Assembly: GCA_021372615.1 (NCBI GenBank)
Contig: JAJFUB010000034.1
Span: forward strand, 34,927-98,926
DNA: 64,000 nt
Source of the DNA: a bacterium
Lineage (GTDB): Bacteria; Armatimonadota; Zipacnadia; Zipacnadales; UBA11051
Direction: 5' to 3'
Shown: in pieces, positions 62,468 to 64,000 of the stretch
How positions within the stretch are numbered: position 1 is the stretch's first letter
How the letters are laid out: each line of letters starts with the position of its first letter
The notes under the pieces: generated by a model
What the model was told of the DNA's origin: nothing
What the model saw: the letters and a program-made list of their open reading frames with translations, nothing else
The model's database searches: none
Program-made: the position numbers and the translations under genes

Positions 62468-63950
62468 TCCAGTCGCGGGCCCGCACTACGGCGCGGCGCC
62501 AGCCGGCCAGCAGCTCCTGGCGCCGCTCGTCGGCCATGGCCGGCTCGAAACGCCGATCCAGCGCCCACTGGCCGGCCAGCGTGTCCTGGTCGGGCCAGCA
62601 CCCCACCGCCAGCCCCGCCAGATAGGCCGCGCCCAGCGCCGTCGTCTCCAGCACCCGGGGCCGCACGACCGGTACGCCCAGCACGTCGGCCTGGAACTGC
62701 AGCAGGAAGTCATTGGCTGCCGCCCCGCCGTCTACCCGCAGCTCCGTGAGCGGCGCCCCCCGGTCTGCCGCCATGGCCTGCAGCACATCCGCCGTCTGGT
62801 AGGCCACAGCCTCCAGGGCGGCGCGCACGATGTGCGCCCGCTCCGTCCCCCGCGTCAGTCCCACCAGCGTCCCGCGCGCCCGGTCATCCCAGTGCGGCGC
62901 CCCCAGCCCCACGAACGCCGGGACGAAGTAGACGCCGCCGGTGTCGGGCACGCTCTGCGCCACGGCCTCGCTCTCCGGCGCCGTCTGGATCAGGCCAAGC
63001 TGGTCGCGCAACCACTGCACGGCGGCCCCGGCCACGAAGACGCTCCCCTCCAGCGCATACTCCACCGTGCCGCCGACCGACCAGCCCACGGTCGAGAGCA
63101 GGCCATGGTGTGACGGCACGGGCCGCGCCCCGGTGTTCATCAACAGGAAGCAGCCGGTCCCGTAGGTGCTCTTGGCCATGCCGGGCGCGAAGCAGGCCTG
63201 GCCGAAGAGCGCCGCCTGCTGGTCGCCGATGGCCGCCGTGAGCGGAACGGCGGCCCCCAGCACGTCCGGCTGCAGCTCCCCCAGCTCCCCGCTGGAGGGG
63301 CATACCTGCGGCAGCATCGTCGGCGGAATGTCCAGCGCCGCCAGTATCTCCTCATCCCACTGCCGCGTATGCAGGTTCAGCAGCATCGTCCGCGAGGCAT
63401 TGGAGACATCGGTCACGTGGCGGCGGCCGTCGGTTAGGTTCCACAGGAGCCAGGTGTCCACCGTGCCGAACAGCAGCTCGCCCCGCTCGGCCCGCGCCCG
63501 CGCCCCCTCCACCTCGTTCAGAATCCACTGGAGCTTCGTGGCCGAGAAGTACGGATCAATCACCAGGCCGGTGTGCTCGCGGATGAAGTCGTCGCCCAGT
63601 TGCGCGCGCAACTGCTCGCACAGCCCGGCGGTGCGGCGGCACTGCCAGACGATAGCCGGAGCCACTGGCCGCCCGGTCGCGCGCTCCCACACGAGGGTCG
63701 TCTCGCGCTGGTTGGCGATGCCGACTGCGGCCAGATCGCCCGCAGCCAGACCGGCGGCCTGCAGCGCCTCGCGCGCCGCCTCGACCTGCCCGGTCGCAAT
63801 CTCCTGCGGGTCCTGCTCCACCCAGCCGGAGGCCGGGTAGTGACAGGTCAGGGGACGGCGGGCGACGCCGACCGTCCGGCCCTCGCGGTCGAAGATGAGG
63901 GCCCGCGAGCTGGTCGTGCCCTGGTCGAGGGCCATGATGTAGTCGGCCAC
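62457..63950 (-). CDS. glpK: Glycerol kinase
   Basis: N-terminus [17 protein letters not shown], ...[10 protein letters not shown]..., IVWQCRRTA and the C-terminal FGGY-family ATPase motifs. 497 aa. Stop overlaps the end of the convergent DUF4091 gene by 11 nt. Confidence 0.9.
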   Translation of the reverse strand: MADYIMALDQGTTSSRALIFDREGRTVGVARRPLTCHYPASGWVEQDPQEIATGQVEAAREALQAAGLAAGDLAAVGIANQRETTLVWERATGRPVAPAIVWQCRRTAGLCEQLRAQLGDDFIREHTGLVIDPYFSATKLQWILNEVEGARARAERGELLFGTVDTWLLWNLTDGRRHVTDVSNASRTMLLNLHTRQWDEEILAALDIPPTMLPQVCPSSGELGELQPDVLGAAVPLTAAIGDQQAALFGQACFAPGMAKSTYGTGCFLLMNTGARPVPSHHGLLSTVGWSVGGTVEYALEGSVFVAGAAVQWLRDQLGLIQTAPESEAVAQSVPDTGGVYFVPAFVGLGAPHWDDRARGTLVGLTRGTERAHIVRAALEAVAYQTADVLQAMAADRGAPLTELRVDGGAAANDFLLQFQADVLGVPVVRPRVLETTALGAAYLAGLAVGCWPDQDTLAGQWALDRRFEPAMADERRQELLAGWRRAVVRARDWISG

Positions 63951-64000
63951 GGTGACAGTCTCTCCTGTGTCTGGCTAGGCCCCGACGACCTGCATCGCGA

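Noticed and set aside
1-64000. Checked for rRNA, tRNA, CRISPR arrays, IS elements, transposases, integrases and prophage genes
   Set aside because: No regularly spaced direct repeats with spacers. No cloverleaf-like conserved tRNA features were noticed in intergenic regions. No DDE/tyrosine/serine recombinase-like ORF. The only mobile-DNA hints are the excisionase-type HTH at 22197 and the palindromic repeat families.

Overview
High-GC (~65-70%) gene-dense bacterial chromosomal segment; no rRNA, tRNA, CRISPR array, transposase or integrase was recognised. Long antisense ORFs are common and were treated as GC-driven artefacts. I call about 52 protein-coding genes.

Housekeeping genes: rnd, pheT, a phosphate-selective porin followed by pstS-pstC-pstA-pstB-phoU with an 11-bp-period Pho-box array upstream, a DEAD-box helicase, glpK and an ECF sigma factor.

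Carbohydrate-active genes: GH95, GH127, a BNR/Asp-box sialidase-like protein, a GH42-like protein, a GHL10 (DUF187) protein, DUF4838, DUF4091 (GH123-like), a heparinase II/III-like lyase, a beta-helix protein, five Gfo/Idh/MocA oxidoreductases and three URO-D-family paralogues.

Main hunt results:
1. A glutaredoxin-fold gene at 18398-18808 is split by a single in-frame TGA (18563-18565) that falls on the first Cys of the CxxC motif (reads U-G-A-C). This is the signature of a selenocysteine-containing, membrane-anchored glutaredoxin-like protein. A hairpin with a GUG apical loop lies downstream.
2. Its 3' end overlaps convergently with a tandem double-TIR-domain gene (18797-19768), itself translationally coupled to the GH127 gene.
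3. A co-directional minus-strand array of about 20 genes (58590 down to 36917) contains two DegT-type aminotransferases, each immediately upstream of a paralogous TxDxET (ArnD/CE4-like?) protein, plus an MFS transporter, a transglutaminase-like protein, a URO-D-like protein, an esterase and CAZymes. The array ends with an ECF sigma factor translationally coupled to an unknown 282-aa protein.
4. Inside that array the 3' end of the alpha/beta-hydrolase esterase gene (49334-50371) recurs as four decayed relic copies, each lying immediately downstream of a different gene (after GHL10 x2, after LVIVD, after APH).
5. A four-gene module (excisionase-type HTH fused to a CxxC thioredoxin-like domain, two DGC-domain proteins, and an aquaglyceroporin whose second motif reads NPM rather than NPA) sits beside a truncated amidohydrolase fragment.
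6. Several families of palindromic repeats: a ~180-bp nested palindrome with 28-bp perfect arms, CCCCTCCCC-core hairpins flanking the HAD gene, a shared 23-mer in two distant intergenic hairpins, and a 30-nt repeat occurring once intergenically and once inside a CDS.
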